Shown one piece after another: positions 27,988 through 41,902 of a stretch of DNA of 64,000 nucleotides. The DNA is from Octopus vulgaris (Eukaryota). The stretch is from positions 112,158,001-112,222,000 of the forward strand of contig OX597818.1 of the NCBI GenBank assembly GCA_951406725.2, read 5' to 3'. The position numbers were made by a program, and so were the translations under genes. Position 1 is the first letter of the stretch; the number at the start of each line of letters is the position of its first letter. The notes under the pieces were generated by a model. That model saw nothing but the letters and a program-made list of their open reading frames with translations, was not told where the DNA came from and ran no database searches.

Positions 27988-28117
27988 AGGCGCAGGTGTG
28001 TCTCTGTGGTAAACAGTTTGCTTCTCAACCACATGGTTTCTGGGTACAGCTCCTTGTACCATAGCATCGAGCCGAGCAAAGCCTGATAGAATGGATTTGA
28101 TATACGGAAAGAGGCCT
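27988..28117 (+). mobile_element. SINE family B 5' fragment
   Basis: AGGCGCAGGTGTG...TGTGGTAA...CAACCACATGGTT. Confidence 0.7.
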
Positions 28118-28951
28118 ATATTATAGATGGTGTTTGCAAAGGTTAATCGAAAGTGTTCACACACAAGAAAAAGCTTCTTACCAAAAACTGGTTCGTAACA
28201 CCCTAATAAATGATTTCGTAACATTTAAAATATATATATATATATATTTTAAATATCATCTTTACACTTCAAAACTGTATTAAGTTAATTCTTAGAAATG
28301 TTTACTACCAGTGGCCTAGCGTCTTAATGAAATCTGTCAATAGACTATATATTATTTATATAAGTACAGTGTACATTTAACCACATGAGAGGAATCCGTC
28401 ATAGGATTCCTTGCACGCTAGAAGGAACAGCTAAAATCCAAACCACTATTAGGGATAAACGTCGAAGAGAATGAAAAATAAAAACATTTACCATCTATCT
28501 CCTGGACCATGGTTCAGACTTTATTTAGCAAATAAAATAATTGACTAGGCGAAGTCTTCATCAACAGGTACGCCTAGATTAAACATATAAGTACGAGGCA
28601 ATCCATCATGTGTCCTGTGCTTCTACATTATAATTTTGCAAATCCACCGCGCAAGCGCAGTTTTTATCGGCATGAAATAAAAATAATATCGTCCATTCTT
28701 CGAAAATTTTCCAGAAAAAATATCAATAATAAATAATATTAGGATAATAAAAAATAAATAAAAAATTTTACTACCAGTGGCCTAATGTGTAAAAAGTTTG
28801 TCAATATGTAAACTGTATTTATATGAGTAATATATATATATATATATATATATATCAACAATTGAGGGTAAAATTAATTAGTTATTAATCAATTTTACCA
28901 AGTAGTGTTCAGTATGTAAAAGGACCATTTAAGGCGAATTCAAAATATTAC

Positions 28952-29167
28952 ATTATATAATTAGGGCTTAGTAAAATAAATTACTTTGCCACATACTGAA
29001 CTTTCTAGAAATAGCAGCCAAAAAGTTTTTAGCCATTTCCACTACTTTAAGAAAAGAGAGAAGTTTTCTTAAAGTAGTGGAAATGGCTAAAAACTTTTTG
29101 GCTGCTATTTCTAGAAAGTTCAGTATGTGGCAAAGTAATTTATTTTACTAAGCCCTAATTATATAAT
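28952..29167. repeat. Perfect palindrome: 104-bp arms, 8-nt spacer
   Basis: 28952-29055 is the reverse complement of 29064-29167; spacer GAGAGAAG. Confidence 0.95.
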
Positions 29168-30884
29168 ATATATATATATATATATATAATAAATTAATAA
29201 ATAAATAAAACATATGCATATATACATACATATATGTACGTACCTACTTCTACATGTATATACATGCATATATGGGTACAGGACATCAAAAAAAAAAAAC
29301 GTCCAACACAATGAGAAACGAAAACATAAACACAAAACCAAGGAAATGGACATTTTTTTAAACAACGAAAAAATAGAATACAGGACATACAAAACAAGGA
29401 AAATTCCCCTTCTTCAGTCGCCTTAATTTCATCTACTCCACGTTTCGAGTATTCAAAGGCGTTGCCCGAGAATGGCCAGAATCCAATGATTTAAAATAAG
29501 TAAAAGACAGACGGTAAACACTTCACGAACTTTTGAAGAGAGAACTAAGAAAAGGAAAAATATTGCACTTAGGTATTCGTGAGTATACAGGTATACAGGT
29601 ATAACCACACTCTTTGTCAATGCCGAAATCAATTATTTTGCTATCGCTGCATAAATATAATATCAAGCAGATTGGACAAAACATAAATTTCTTGAAGGAC
29701 AGCTTTTGTACACGGAATCTCCTTCTGCTTATGGAAATAGTATATGTAAATGCCACGCATGTTCTGAAAACGAATTACAAAAATTCTTTCTCTACCATTC
29801 ATGCTGGGTGAACGACCAATTGTCAGAAGGTAAAACTGGAAGGTAAAACTGTCTTAGATTATCTTTCATTCTTCAGCCAATGTGTCATATTTTGATAACG
29901 TTTCAAAGTCAACCATTTCTGCACGCAACAGTTCTTCGCCAACCATTTTGAATATAACAAACCTTCAAATCTGTATATATTTAAAGTCGGTACGACGTCC
30001 CTCTTCTTTCGAGTAATTTCCTTCTATACATTTACTGGTTAAGCTGACATTCAAGAAGCTAAACTGATGTATATAGTCTTTAAATATATCTCTTCAAAAG
30101 GCTAAAATATGGTAATATTATTTTCTGCGACCTATAAGACTAAATTCGCCATGGACAGAAAATATATCATAGCAACACATGCTCCTTTACAGTGTTTACG
30201 TAAAATTTATGGTTTGCATAGATGTTTAAAAAATCCGTGCAAATTATGATAACACGAAAGAAACATAGTTGCATTTTAACACAAACGGAGGTGTATATAC
30301 GATAAACTACTCCATAATTTACTATGGAAATCTATAAATTATTCATACTGCAACAATAAAGAGACAAAAAATTGGAGGAAAAAATTAAAATGCATTGGTA
30401 AATTATGCGTTGTTTTGCATGTGACGGTTATGGTTGTGACCTCAGCGAATGTAAATATTTATGAGAAGCATTCATGACGAATAAGAAAGTAGAGAAAAGG
30501 GAGAAGAAAAACATCAAGAGAAAACAAATATAGAAAAATAAGGAGCAGAAAAATATAGAGAAAAATGAAGAGGTAGAAAGAGAGTGAAGAGAGAAAAGTA
30601 ATGCAATAAGAAAGATAATTGTAAAGACGAGAAAAGAGATTACCATGACACACCAAAAAAGTAATTAAGCACACGGCGACATAGGCGTATACGCAAGTGC
30701 ATACCTACATACATACGTATGTATGTATGTATGTATGTATGTATGAATGTATGTATGTATGTATTTATGTAGGTATGTATGTATTATGCATGTATGTTTG
30801 TATGTGTGTGTGTATGTATTATGTATGTTTGTATGTATGTATGTTTGTATATATGAAGGCATGTATGTATGTATGTATGTACGT

Positions 30885-31062
30885 ATTCTTTTGTTCCTTT
30901 ATTTGCATCAGTCATTTGATTACGGCCATGCTGAAGCACCTCCTTTAGTCGAACAATTAGACTTGGTAAGCCTAGTACGTATTCCACCGGGCTCTCTTTG
31001 CAGAACCGCTATGTTCTGTAAACACAGCAACTTCAGTTGGAGCGATGGTGGCGGGGGGTACA
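30885..31062 (-). mobile_element. SINE family B 3' half
   Basis: CAGTCATTTGATTACGGCCATGCTG...TTTAGTCGA...GTAAGCCTAGTAC...GAACCGCTA. Confidence 0.75.
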
Positions 31063-31283
31063 AACCGAGGCACAAACAGAAAATAACAGAGAAATGGTAC
31101 ACAAATACAAATGCAAATAACAGGATAAAACAGCAGGTGTCTTTCGACTAAGGACGAATTAAATTAAGCTGGCGTTAAGAGATGAGAGGCTTGATGAGGA
31201 ATATAGATGTTGCACGGATGGTTGTCGTACCAAGAAAGAATGGTCAGGCTTAGCGGAACACCGGTCACGTGGAGAGAGAGGAG

Positions 31284-31558
31284 AAGCCGGCGAGCTGCCC
31301 GAGTCGTTTGCACGCCGAGCGAAATGCTTAGCGGTATTTCGTCTGCCGATACGTTCTGAGTTCAAATTCCGCCGAGGTCGGCTTTGTCTTTCATCCTTTC
31401 CGGGTCGATTAAATAAGTACCAGTTACGCACTGGGGTCGATATAATCGACTTAATCCGTTTGTCTGCCTCTCTGTGTTTAGCCCCTTGTGTGTAGTAAAG
31501 AACTACGTATTTCGTCTCTCTTTACGTTCTGAGTTCAAATTCCGCCGAGGTCGACTTT
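31284..31558 (+). mobile_element. SINE family A plus partial second unit
   Basis: Full unit, then restart at GTATTTCGTCT (~31507). Confidence 0.9.
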
Positions 31559-31703
31559 GTGTAACTGGTACTTATTTAATCGACCTCGAAAGAATGAAAG
31601 GCAACGTCGACCTCGTCGGAATTTGAACTCAGAACGTAACGGCAGGCGAAATATCGCTAAGCATTCCGCCCGGCGTGCTAACGATTCTGCCAGCTCGCTG
31701 CCC
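31559..31703 (-). mobile_element. SINE family A (head plus centre), inverted against the preceding copy
   Basis: GTAACTGGTACTT...CTGCCAGCTCGCTGCC. Confidence 0.9.
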
Positions 31704-32315
31704 TATGTCCAAGAAAGAAATTTAGAGAAAACAAATTTAAAAAATCTCTTTGAATGCAAGACAAAATATAAGATAAAACCTTTTAACTTAAAGAGCTTTG
31801 TATCTAATAACTCAAAATCTAATCGAATTATAATAGAAAATATTGGTGTCGCTTCTCAACCAAGGCTCTTGAAAATCCTGAACTGATATGGCGGTGGGGT
31901 TGACAAAATAGCGGTTTACTTTCGAGAGTTGTTCTCTCTTTTTTGTGTGTTGCAGTGTTCACCGAGTTAAAACTAGAAGACAAAAGGATCGAATTAATAC
32001 GTAAATCATCGCCTTCATGTCGATGGTAAAATATCCATAAAAATATATTTTTTCTTCTGCTTTCTTTTAACTCGTGTGAAGACAGAAATCATACATCCAC
32101 GACATTATTAGAATTGATTAATTGATGTATTTTTTTATGACATCTATATAAGCAGGAATATTAAAACTACTGTGGTGAACTGAACAGTTTTTGCCTCTCT
32201 GAATGTGCGAACACTGGTCTAGTTAAACCTGAACGATTTTTATTGAAAACTCATACACACATACACACACACTCATATATATATATATCATATGTGACAA
32301 TTATTCATTTGCCAT

Positions 32316-32375
32316 AATAAACTTCGAGTTTCGGATGTCGGGACGGAAATCTGCTCCGGAATCTCGTCAGTTTTT
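32316..32375 (-). ncRNA. Hammerhead ribozyme, long-stem-II family, core motifs intact
   Basis: AAAAA-CTGACGA-GATTCCGG...CCGACATC-C-GAAA-CT(CGA)AG-T-T-TATT; stem I has one mismatch. Confidence 0.6.
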
Positions 32376-32602
32376 AAGACAATCAATAAATGCAATGAAA
32401 ATGACCGGTTAATAAAGGGAAAAAAAACGAAGTGGAGATAGTAAAAAAAAAAGTAAGAAAGTGAAAACGCTTATAAATTCACGTGTGCGCGCATGTACAT
32501 ACATACACATACGCACATGCACACCTATGTGCGTACAGATAAATTCCTCTATTTACATAATATCAAGGTCTCATTCATTCTTTTGTTGTCATACCATTAC
32601 TG

Positions 32603-32718
<116 letters not shown>

Positions 32719-33702
32719 GTTACATATATACATACATACATATATATATGTGTGTGTATAAAGAAGCTTGTTTTAAATTATAAATCAATCATTATTTCAA
32801 AAAAATCCTTTAAAATATCAGTTAGAAAGACCTAATGGAAGAGAAATTTGCCATAAGTGCTTTCTGCGGCTCTTAGCATTTCAAACACACGTATCTCCTC
32901 CATCATAATGGGTTAAATCTGATTTTAAAAAAAATACTTTTATACAATTGATAATTTTTGATTTAAGAAAATTATCCTTGAAATATTTGTAATAAATGTT
33001 TGATTTTTTCAAACTTAAAAAATCGCTCTTGAGAAAATCATTTAGTGTCGTTTGTTTAATGATAGTATTGGGTTATAGTGTTATAGAGTTTCTATAGATT
33101 CCTTCAAGCAAAACCAACACATAAAATGTTGGCCTTGTTTCACCAGTGTCAATTATATTCCGAGATATACAATATGGCGCATTGTGTACGTGAACAGTTA
33201 GTGTGGTAGACTCATTATGTCTATCGCATTTTAAAGGGCTCAAATCGGCTGCCTATCATCTCATAAAACTCACGGTTCTTCCAATGTATACCCTGTCAGC
33301 TTTGCTCTTTGTTAATAAAGTTTCAGAGAGAAAACTGTCTATTTAAGTGGCCATATTGACAGACACTGCTATCGGAATAACTAAATCACAGTCACCCAGA
33401 TGCACACACACACATACACAAACAAATGCTCACACACTTATATGTATATATCAATATATACTGACGCCCGTATTTATATATACTGACGTCTTTTTCAACT
33501 TACAGTTGAAAGGGTCTCAATGACTGAAACCGGTACCGAAATATTTTTTATAAAATTATTTTAGCATTTTTTATTTTGACTTTTTTCCATATATATCAAC
33601 TCGGGTGTTCCTTTTCAACCTTCTACACACACACACACATTATATACATACATATATATATATATATGCGATAGGCCACTTACCACACACCCACTTCTGC
33701 GC

Positions 33703-33757
<55 letters not shown>

Positions 33758-34609
33758 TACATATATGTTGTATATATGTACATTTATTTACATGTGTGTG
33801 TGTGTGTGTGTGTCATTGTGTGTGGTTATAACTGCTATATTTCCAATTTTGACACACACACACACATTCATACAGACATACACCCACATATTATATGATC
33901 TCATAAGATTGATGTGGTGTGAATACACGTTTGTATTTAACAGCTGCCTTTCTGATGGCTATTCACTCCTGTTATAAGCGACTGTCAAAGAAGTGAAAGC
34001 AAGGTTATCTCTACATAATGTGAATTTAGATTGCTAAGTTACATAAAATTATGAAGAACGTTGTGATTTTCCGAATACATTAAATCTGAGAATCATTACT
34101 TTGTATAATTCGTTGTATCAGTGAAGTGCATAGTTCAGATTTCATACAAAAATATCGGGAATTCATCATGGTGAACATTCACAAAAATGTAATGTATGAC
34201 TTTCGACATCATTTGAATAATAAACAAATATGGTTTATTTTTATAGCCATCAATCGTAAATAGAAGCAAGTATTGGTTAGTTTTACTTACTAATAATCAG
34301 AATGAAAAATAAGAATAGAAAATTTTCTCGGGAATATGTTGGAGTACATATGTGTACTTACTAAATAACTATTTCTATAATTTATACAAGTGTAAATCGT
34401 TTTGAATATGTTTGGCGAAAACATTGAAAGAAATAATTTCAGACTGGAATAACCTAACACTCTCTAGTGTACCATATCGTAATTAGGAAGAACGGTGTCG
34501 GACTCCCGTCAGGGGCCAGCATACCCTGAGGCAGCATGGAACCGAATCAGTTTTAAAATGGACATGTACTTCCTACTAAATTTGTTGAGTGCCCCTTCTT
34601 TCCGTTTGT

Positions 34610-34648
<39 letters not shown>

Positions 34649-34696
34649 TATGTGTGTGTGTGTGTGTGGCTGTGTGTAAGTATATATGTATATATG

Positions 34697-34729
<33 letters not shown>

Positions 34730-34820
34730 AATAATAATATTGCCTAATAGTGGTTTTATTTCTAATTTAATATAATATATGTATATATATATATTGTATG
34801 TACATACATACATACATACA

Positions 34821-34878
<58 letters not shown>

Positions 34879-34880
<2 letters not shown>

Positions 34881-35030
34881 GCTTATTTCTGTGTTCCTTT
34901 CCAATGAAGAGCGTAGTCTCGAAACGTAAAAGGCTTTCTCACTTCCCGAACGTTAAACTAATACATATGTTTGTTGTTTAAACACCCGTCTTCGTCTTTT
35001 GTTTCGTTTGTTTTTGTAAATTCCAACTAT
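34879..35030 (+). mobile_element. Short hammerhead-bearing element, family F
   Basis: CTTT-CCAATGA-A-GAGCGTAGTCTC-GAAACGTA-AAAG at 34897-34932; between (TA)n tracts. Confidence 0.75.
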
Positions 35031-35572
35031 ATATACATATGTATGTATGTATATATGTATATGCATTGTGTGTGTATGTGTGAACGTGTGATGCAGTAAA
35101 GAAGTATAAAGGAAATCAAAAATTAATTTCGATGAGCGGTAGTAGTGATTGTGCAGGAAATGGAAATGTCGTTTTCAAACAATTTATTTTGAGATATTTC
35201 TAAAGAAACAATAACAGTCGTAATCATTTGTTGACATACAACGCTGCCAAGATAAGTGTATCAATGCATTCATTTTTGTTACGTGCTTCAACAGATTTCC
35301 AATGAAATTCAAAATTAATTACAAGTAATTGCAAAATCACAACGGCACTAATGAATCTCATGTTTGGGTATCAAGAGTAACAGTCATTAGCAGCGGTTAT
35401 TCAAATGATCTATTGACATGCATCAATAATAGTCATTCTGTGGTTCATTAATGAAAAAGTTTATAATAATGAGATTGACTTTGAAGGCTAATGTTTTACA
35501 AAGTGTAAGAAATATCTTATAATCGAAAAGCGTGAGCAGTCGTGCATTCTGTTGGCATCTTTCTGCTAGGTT

Positions 35573-35713
35573 CAGGCATGTGGGTGTTGTATGATGTTTG
35601 CTTCCCATCTACATGGTTCCCGGTTCAGACCCGCTGGGTGGCATCTTGGCTAAGTGTCTTGTACTAGAGCTTCGGGCCTACCGAAGCCAGTGTTGTATGT
35701 GTGTGTGTCATAA

Positions 35714-35755
<42 letters not shown>

Positions 35756-35980
35756 GTGTGTTTGTGTCTGTGTTTGTCACCCACCGCTGCCTGACAACCC
35801 GGTGTCGGTGTGTTTATGTCCTTGTGATTTAGCGGTTCAGCAAAAAAATTACGATATAATAAGCACAGGCTTAAACGAACGTAGTGGGGTCGATTTGTTG
35901 AACTAAAATTCTCCAAGCCTGTGCCCCAGCATCGCCGCAGTCCAATGAATGAAGGAGATATAAGATAAACGATAAAAGAT
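35573..35980 (+). mobile_element. SINE family B, diverged
   Basis: Head, CTTGGCTAAGTGTCTT, internal (TA)n, TTAGCGGTTC, GGGGTCGATTTG, CCCCAGCAT tail. Confidence 0.82.
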
Positions 35981-36143
35981 ATTAAGTGGTCATAATGATA
36001 TTGGACAACAGTGATATTGGAAGTGCTTCTGAAGTTTCACGAAGCTCACTCGCTCTTTCTTTTACGTCAAAATGTTACAGTCTCCAGAGAAGTAACAATT
36101 TTGGGTAAGCATTTTCGTTGTTGTAAATATATTCAAATATATT

Positions 36144-36374
36144 CATTTCTTTATTGTCCAGAAGGGGCTTAACATAGAATGGACAAATAAGGACAGACCA
36201 AGAGATTAAGTCGATTACATCGACCCCAGTGATTAACTGGTACTTATTTAATCGACCCCGAAAGGATGAAAGGCAAAGTCGACCTCAGCGGAATTTGAAC
36301 TCAGAACGTAACGGCAGACGAAATACCTCTAAGAATTTCGCTTGGCGTGCTAACGTTTCTGCCAGCTTGCCGCC
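36144..36374 (-). mobile_element. SINE family A, tail type 1, with 12-bp TSD
   Basis: TTCAAATATATT at 36132-36143 and 36375-36386. Confidence 0.93.
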
Positions 36375-37999
36375 TTCAAATATATTGTGTGTGAGTGAGA
36401 CATAGGTCGATACAAAAAAAAAAACATTAAATACGTTACAAATAGAATTTGGAACATATAAAACGGTTTTGGTTATGAACCAAAGCATTTAAATGAAACA
36501 GTTCTCATTTGGGAAACAATATACTTTTAAACATATATTTAAAGAGTATTTCCTAAGGAGAAATTTATCTTTTAAAACAGATTTTATTCTAACGACTTGT
36601 TCTTTTACAGAGCTGGGATTTATTTTATCTCTCAGAAATTATCTATAAATCCAGATGAGTCCCCGATATAGTGTTGCTTTCGTATCTGGAACAACACTGT
36701 TGATGCATTCACGGTTGTACTGGGATGCATCAAAATATGACCATTCAATTGATTCCAGAAAAGAAACTCAGAGACACACGCGTGTTTCTACTATGCAGTC
36801 ACATTTTCTCTTCTCTTTGACTTGTTATCGTTACTACGATAACTACATCTCTTTGGACGTGACGGTCTCAACCCATCTCCCTCAGATATCCCCCAAAGCA
36901 CTCATCTCTGTTCTTCTATCACCAATCCAGGAATTTCCCATATTATTGTGCCTCGTCCGCTCTTCGCAGAACGTCGGACTGGGGCCGACCTTCTCGGAAG
37001 GTTTGGGCAAAATAATTAGTAATTAGAGCTCATATCTTTCCTACAGTTGTTAACTTGCAGTGATCTACGGTGAGCATCGAATACAGTAGGTTTCTCACCG
37101 GTTTCGAAGTCGTTGCGAAGGCCAAACACACTGTCTGTGTCTCAAAAGGCAGGAAGTAAAAAACAAAACACTTTTTAAGCATCGTGTTTATACTTTAATA
37201 TTAGGAAAAAACTGCTATATATGGAGATACGTTAATTCGATTCCATCGATCTGTAGAGTTTGTTTACAGACTTAAGCTTCAATTGATTCCTATTCTATAA
37301 AATGTCAATTAAAAAAAATACGATAAATAATTTTTTTTATAATAGATTATTTTTTTACAATAGATTTTTTAATAATAGATTTTAGTAGAATCTAGTAGAT
37401 TAAACGATGCTGATATTTTAATACAGATGACAAGTTGAAATGGCGCTGAGAGTGTATGTGAAAATATTACGTGGTAAGATAGAAATATAGGAAAGAAGAA
37501 ACAACGACAGACACAGCAAGCCTTTCAATAAAATCAAAATCGGAATTAAGCAAAAATTAACGAGAATTCTGTTTTGAAATGTTAATGATTAACTGTATTG
37601 TATCAAATGTCGCGCTGAACGGAACGCAAATATATATTCTACAGATCGACCAAGGCGTCTTAAAAAACAGACGTGGAAGCAGAGAGGGCCGTTTAAAGGT
37701 GCTGTTTAGAAAGTGTTCTTTCACAACAATGTCGATTCCACCAGTCTTATTCCTTCTGTCATAAATAAAAGAAATACATTGTACTTACCAACTTAGAGTT
37801 ATTCAGACCGAACGGCACAATATATCTTACGCTATGTACCATTTCCCTTTTAACAAACGCACCAATTCCTTCAGTCTTTAAACTTATTTTCACGGCGTAG
37901 GTAATCTTTTCATTTCACATGGTTGTTACAGTTATACCAAGACCTAATTCGGTGCTATGATAATGCGTGAGATGATCTTTCTCTTGGCTATATAAAGTG

Positions 38000-39450
38000 G
38001 CTAAAATCTGTAACAAATCCCATTTGGATGTAGATAATTTACAGTGAAACAGCTTCGGCAATAAGAACCTTTCATTGCAAATAAACCAAACAAAACCCAA
38101 AAGAAAAACAACTCTCACTGCTATCATTGTTACTCCATCTCCTGCGATTCCAATCTGTCTTCTCCCGACCAAAATTTGAGAAATGTAATTAAACCGCTGC
38201 TGTAATCACGAAACAAAGTACATCTCCTTTTGTAAGATGTTGTTGAGCGATATCCCGTAGTTACCAAGATTAAAAAAAGATACAGAAGCCAAATGACCTC
38301 ACGTAGAAATTGCCGGTGTTGTTGCTGAAGAGCACGTGAAATCCTCTGATGTTAAAGATGGACAATTATCAGCCTCCTTTACACAGAACAACCTGCTTGG
38401 CTTCAGTGGAAATCCTAATTAAATTACACTCAGCGGAGAACATATCTTGAGGAATGCAACAACATCTGATGCTATCTCGAATGGTTAAACATGATAATAT
38501 TTAAGCAGAATAATGAGTTTACATCTCGCCCATTACATGCCATACAAAAACAACCAAACAACAAACACTATGGCAACTCTTCCTGCCAAAGTCTTCAGGG
38601 CAAGCTAATTACTGTAAGGCACGAACGCAGGACGCTAAGCAACAAAAATGACAAACGAACAAACAAAGAAAAAACAGTATTTTATTATGGTGGAAAAATA
38701 TCGAAGCCTGCTAGTATAAATCAGAAGTTTGATTCTCATCCATTACTATTAAGTTTATATTCTCCGCGGAAGAACGTGAGGCATTCTGGTGTGAGATCTG
38801 AAGCAAAAAGGGAGATTTCAAGCGGAATGCCTCCTGGCTAAAATTTCGGAAAGAACTATGTAACAACATCGGCTGTAACACGTATACATCCAGCCTTGAA
38901 ACACTTTAGCTGATACCAAACTACATAACGCGAAGCCACATGGAAAATACCTAATAGGTGGATGGTTTTACAAGGGACAGATATTATATAAAATCCATTA
39001 ATATGCGTTTTGAAAGTAACTATAGCAGGTGACTTTGCCTTAGCAAGTTAATATGCTATTGCAGAAACGTACCTTATAGCCAAGAATATATCCACCGTTT
39101 TGTCACAAAACTATAAGTCCGTTGCTTGACAAAACATTACATACACGCTTAACACAAGCTGTCTCGACCAATTTCATCCAGAACCAGTGACTGATGAGGT
39201 GACAAGTGGAAATACAACTTCTCTGCTGAATAACCTTTCATAAGCAAAAATTTGCAGACCGAAGTGGGAAAACACCACAGATATCGTGTGAGAGTATGAC
39301 TCGAACACGGGGCAGCATTCACCCCTGTTACACATTAATGGCTGCTGACTTCTCTCTACTTGGCATTAGTCACTGTCATTGAAGGGCTCAGACCGGCTGG
39401 GGCAGTAATCCTCACACAATTTAGAGCCGAAAGATCATTTCCAATGTTAT
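38000..39450 (+). mobile_element. Possible very decayed CR1/L2-like LINE RT region
   Basis: Motif echoes in the expected order: SSGMPPG (cf. SGVPQG) at ~38820, DTKL at ~38913, YKSV at ~39112. No continuous ORF; boundaries approximate. Confidence 0.35.
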
Positions 39451-40422
39451 AAATATTTCAAAGAGAATATTCGAAGAAGGAAGACTTTCGGTAATTTTGT
39501 TTATTTTGGCCTTAAATCCGTTATCATTTATCTTCGGGGATAAGGTTCTGTTCAGTTTGGCTCACAGATTTTAGAATTATTTTATTTTAAAACTAAACAG
39601 TTTGAAACTTCGTATACTGGTGGAATGTCACGCGCAGAACACGGCTTACTTTGAACATTTTTCAAAAAATTTGGTATTTTAGAAGTTGTTTCGTGTTAAA
39701 GAAGTATTTGGGTAATTTCAACCAATCAACGACGTGTATTCGGTTGAAGACAGCTACTGCTGTTTGCGATAGTGATCGAAGAGGAACACCTCCGGGTCAT
39801 CTCTACAAAATGTCACCACTGTGTTCTATTTTATTTATATATATATTTTTTTCTCGTCGGACTAACCAGTAAACATCGAAGAATCGACACGAAGAAGCAA
39901 GAAATATTATTTACATATGTTTATTTGTTTGCCCGACATCGGTCTTTTTCCACTCATAAAGAGCACCGGTGTTTAAAAGACCTATAGAGCTACGAGTCCG
40001 CAGGTAGCTTTTTTTGCTGTTGACGTGTATGTAGTTTCAAAATTCCTTATTTTACAACTATGAGATGCATTGTCATTGTTATGATTTTATCTCACTATAA
40101 TCAACAACAAACACAGTGTATTAGATTAAAAATAACATTATGAAAACATGAAGGTGAAACAAAACAAATAGCGGCTAATACACCGGAAAATATGGTAATT
40201 GTAGTTAAGTTATAATTTCTTTGTGTATCACTCGCAGAACTACGTGAGTTTAAAAACCCCAAATCATCTGGGGGTAACATTTTCAGCTGACCTATCAATG
40301 GAATTGGGCTAAAAGAATTGTTCGTGTTCGATTACAAAGAGAGCATCTCCTCCAAAATATCACCAACACACTACCTTTAAATGCAGCATGTCATTTTCGC
40401 TATAACAATATACAATACTATA

Positions 40423-40885
40423 AAGGCAGTGAGCTGGCAGCAACGATAGCACGCAGGGCGAAAATGCTTAGCGGTATTTCGTCTGCCGCTACGTTCCAAG
40501 TTCAAATTCCGCCGAGGTCGACTTTGCCTTTCATCCTTTCGGGGTAAATAAATTAAGTACCAATTGCGTACTGGGTCGATCTAATCGACTGGTCCCTCGC
40601 GCAAAAATTTCGGGTCGTGTATCTAGAGTAGAAAAGAATAGCTTGGACGGTAAAGGCGGCAAGCTGGCAGAAAAGTTTGCACGCCAGGCTGAATGCTTAG
40701 AGGTATTTTGTCTGTCTTTACGTTCTGAGATCAAATTCCGCCATGTCGAACTTTGCTTTTCATCATTTCGGGATCGATACATTAAGTAACATTTAGGTAC
40801 TGGAAACGATTTAATCGACAGTCCTCCCGCCAAAAAAAAAAAAAAAAAAATTCGGGCCGTGTGCCTAGATCAGAAAAGAAAAGAA
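40423..40885 (+). mobile_element. SINE family A dimer, tail type 2
   Basis: Two full units (40423-40640, 40653-40885); imperfect 15-bp direct repeat outside the pair. Confidence 0.9.
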
Positions 40886-40929
40886 TATAAAATACCATCA
40901 ACAAATGTGTATCATTGAATAGACATATA

Positions 40930-41041
40930 CAGGGTGGGGCTGAATGAGCGGACACATTTGTAGGTTAACATTTTTCCATTCTTTTCTCTATTTCGTTTTT
41001 ATGAAACCTACACATGTGTCAGGTCATTTTGCCCCACCATA
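40930..41041. mobile_element. Tc1/mariner-type MITE
   Basis: ~37-bp imperfect TIRs CAGGGTGGGGCTGAATGA...CACATTTGTAGGTT / AACCTACACATGTG...TCATTTTGCCCCACC, with TA on both sides. Confidence 0.75.
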
Positions 41042-41655
41042 TAGAATCCGCCTTTTATGGAATGAATATTTTAACACCAGCAAAAGGAATATTGGTGGAA
41101 CTTACCTATAAAACTTCTATGAAGCGCAAAGATTGCAGGTCGAATATAATAGGAATAGAATTCAGTTTCCTGCTTCGATGTGAATATCGCTTTCGGAAAA
41201 CTACTGACAACGTCGAGATTTTTGCTGCTTGTTTAGTGCTTAAATTGGAAAAACTAGCTAACCTTTACACCGCAAATTTACTATTTAAATTCGAATGCTG
41301 GAGCTTTGTATCGTTGTAAGAAACCAGCTCCTTCCTTACAGTGAGACTTCTAACAAATAAAATTTGTATGATATGTACGACAAAATGACTAGTGTTAAAA
41401 ATATATACCAATGGTGGCAAGTAGAATTTTTGAGAAGTTATTTAACTGCGGCCATATCTGTTAGGTCGCACACTTAAAAATACGTATGCGATGTCAGTGA
41501 ATGATGTTTAGGATTTTGCGTACCGTTGGTATTGAATTTACACCAATGATACTAATGATAGATATTACTGATATTAATAAGTTTTTTGTTAGTTACTTAG
41601 GTGTATATGTATATAAGATTATATCTATCTATACGTATTTTGATCTGTCTATATA

Positions 41656-41686
<31 letters not shown>

Positions 41687-41711
41687 GTGTATGTATATAC
41701 GATCGCGATGA

Positions 41712-41902
41712 TTGACCGCTAATTCCACAAGTGTTTTATTTGCTATTCTCTCTCTCTTTATTTCCTTGTGTTCTTTTCTGTTGAAGAGCGTAGGCTTGAA
41801 ACGTAAAAGACTTTTTAATTTTGCCGAGCGTTAAATTTATACACCTGTTTGTTGTTTATACACCTGTCTTCGTCTTTTGTTTTTCTGTAAATTTCAACTA
41901 TA
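41712..41902 (+). mobile_element. Short hammerhead-bearing element, family F
   Basis: TTTT-CTGTTGA-A-GAGCGTAGGCTT-GAAACGTA-AAAG at 41774-41809. Confidence 0.75.

Noticed and set aside
31159-31886. Recurring ORFs of the type WYLFNRP...RPRRNLNSER
   Set aside because: Antisense translations of SINE family A.
36600-37026. 123-aa ORF with a nearby acceptor-like TTCTTTTACAG
   Set aside because: No recognisable domain and no consistent exon frame or donor site; may be a decayed LINE.
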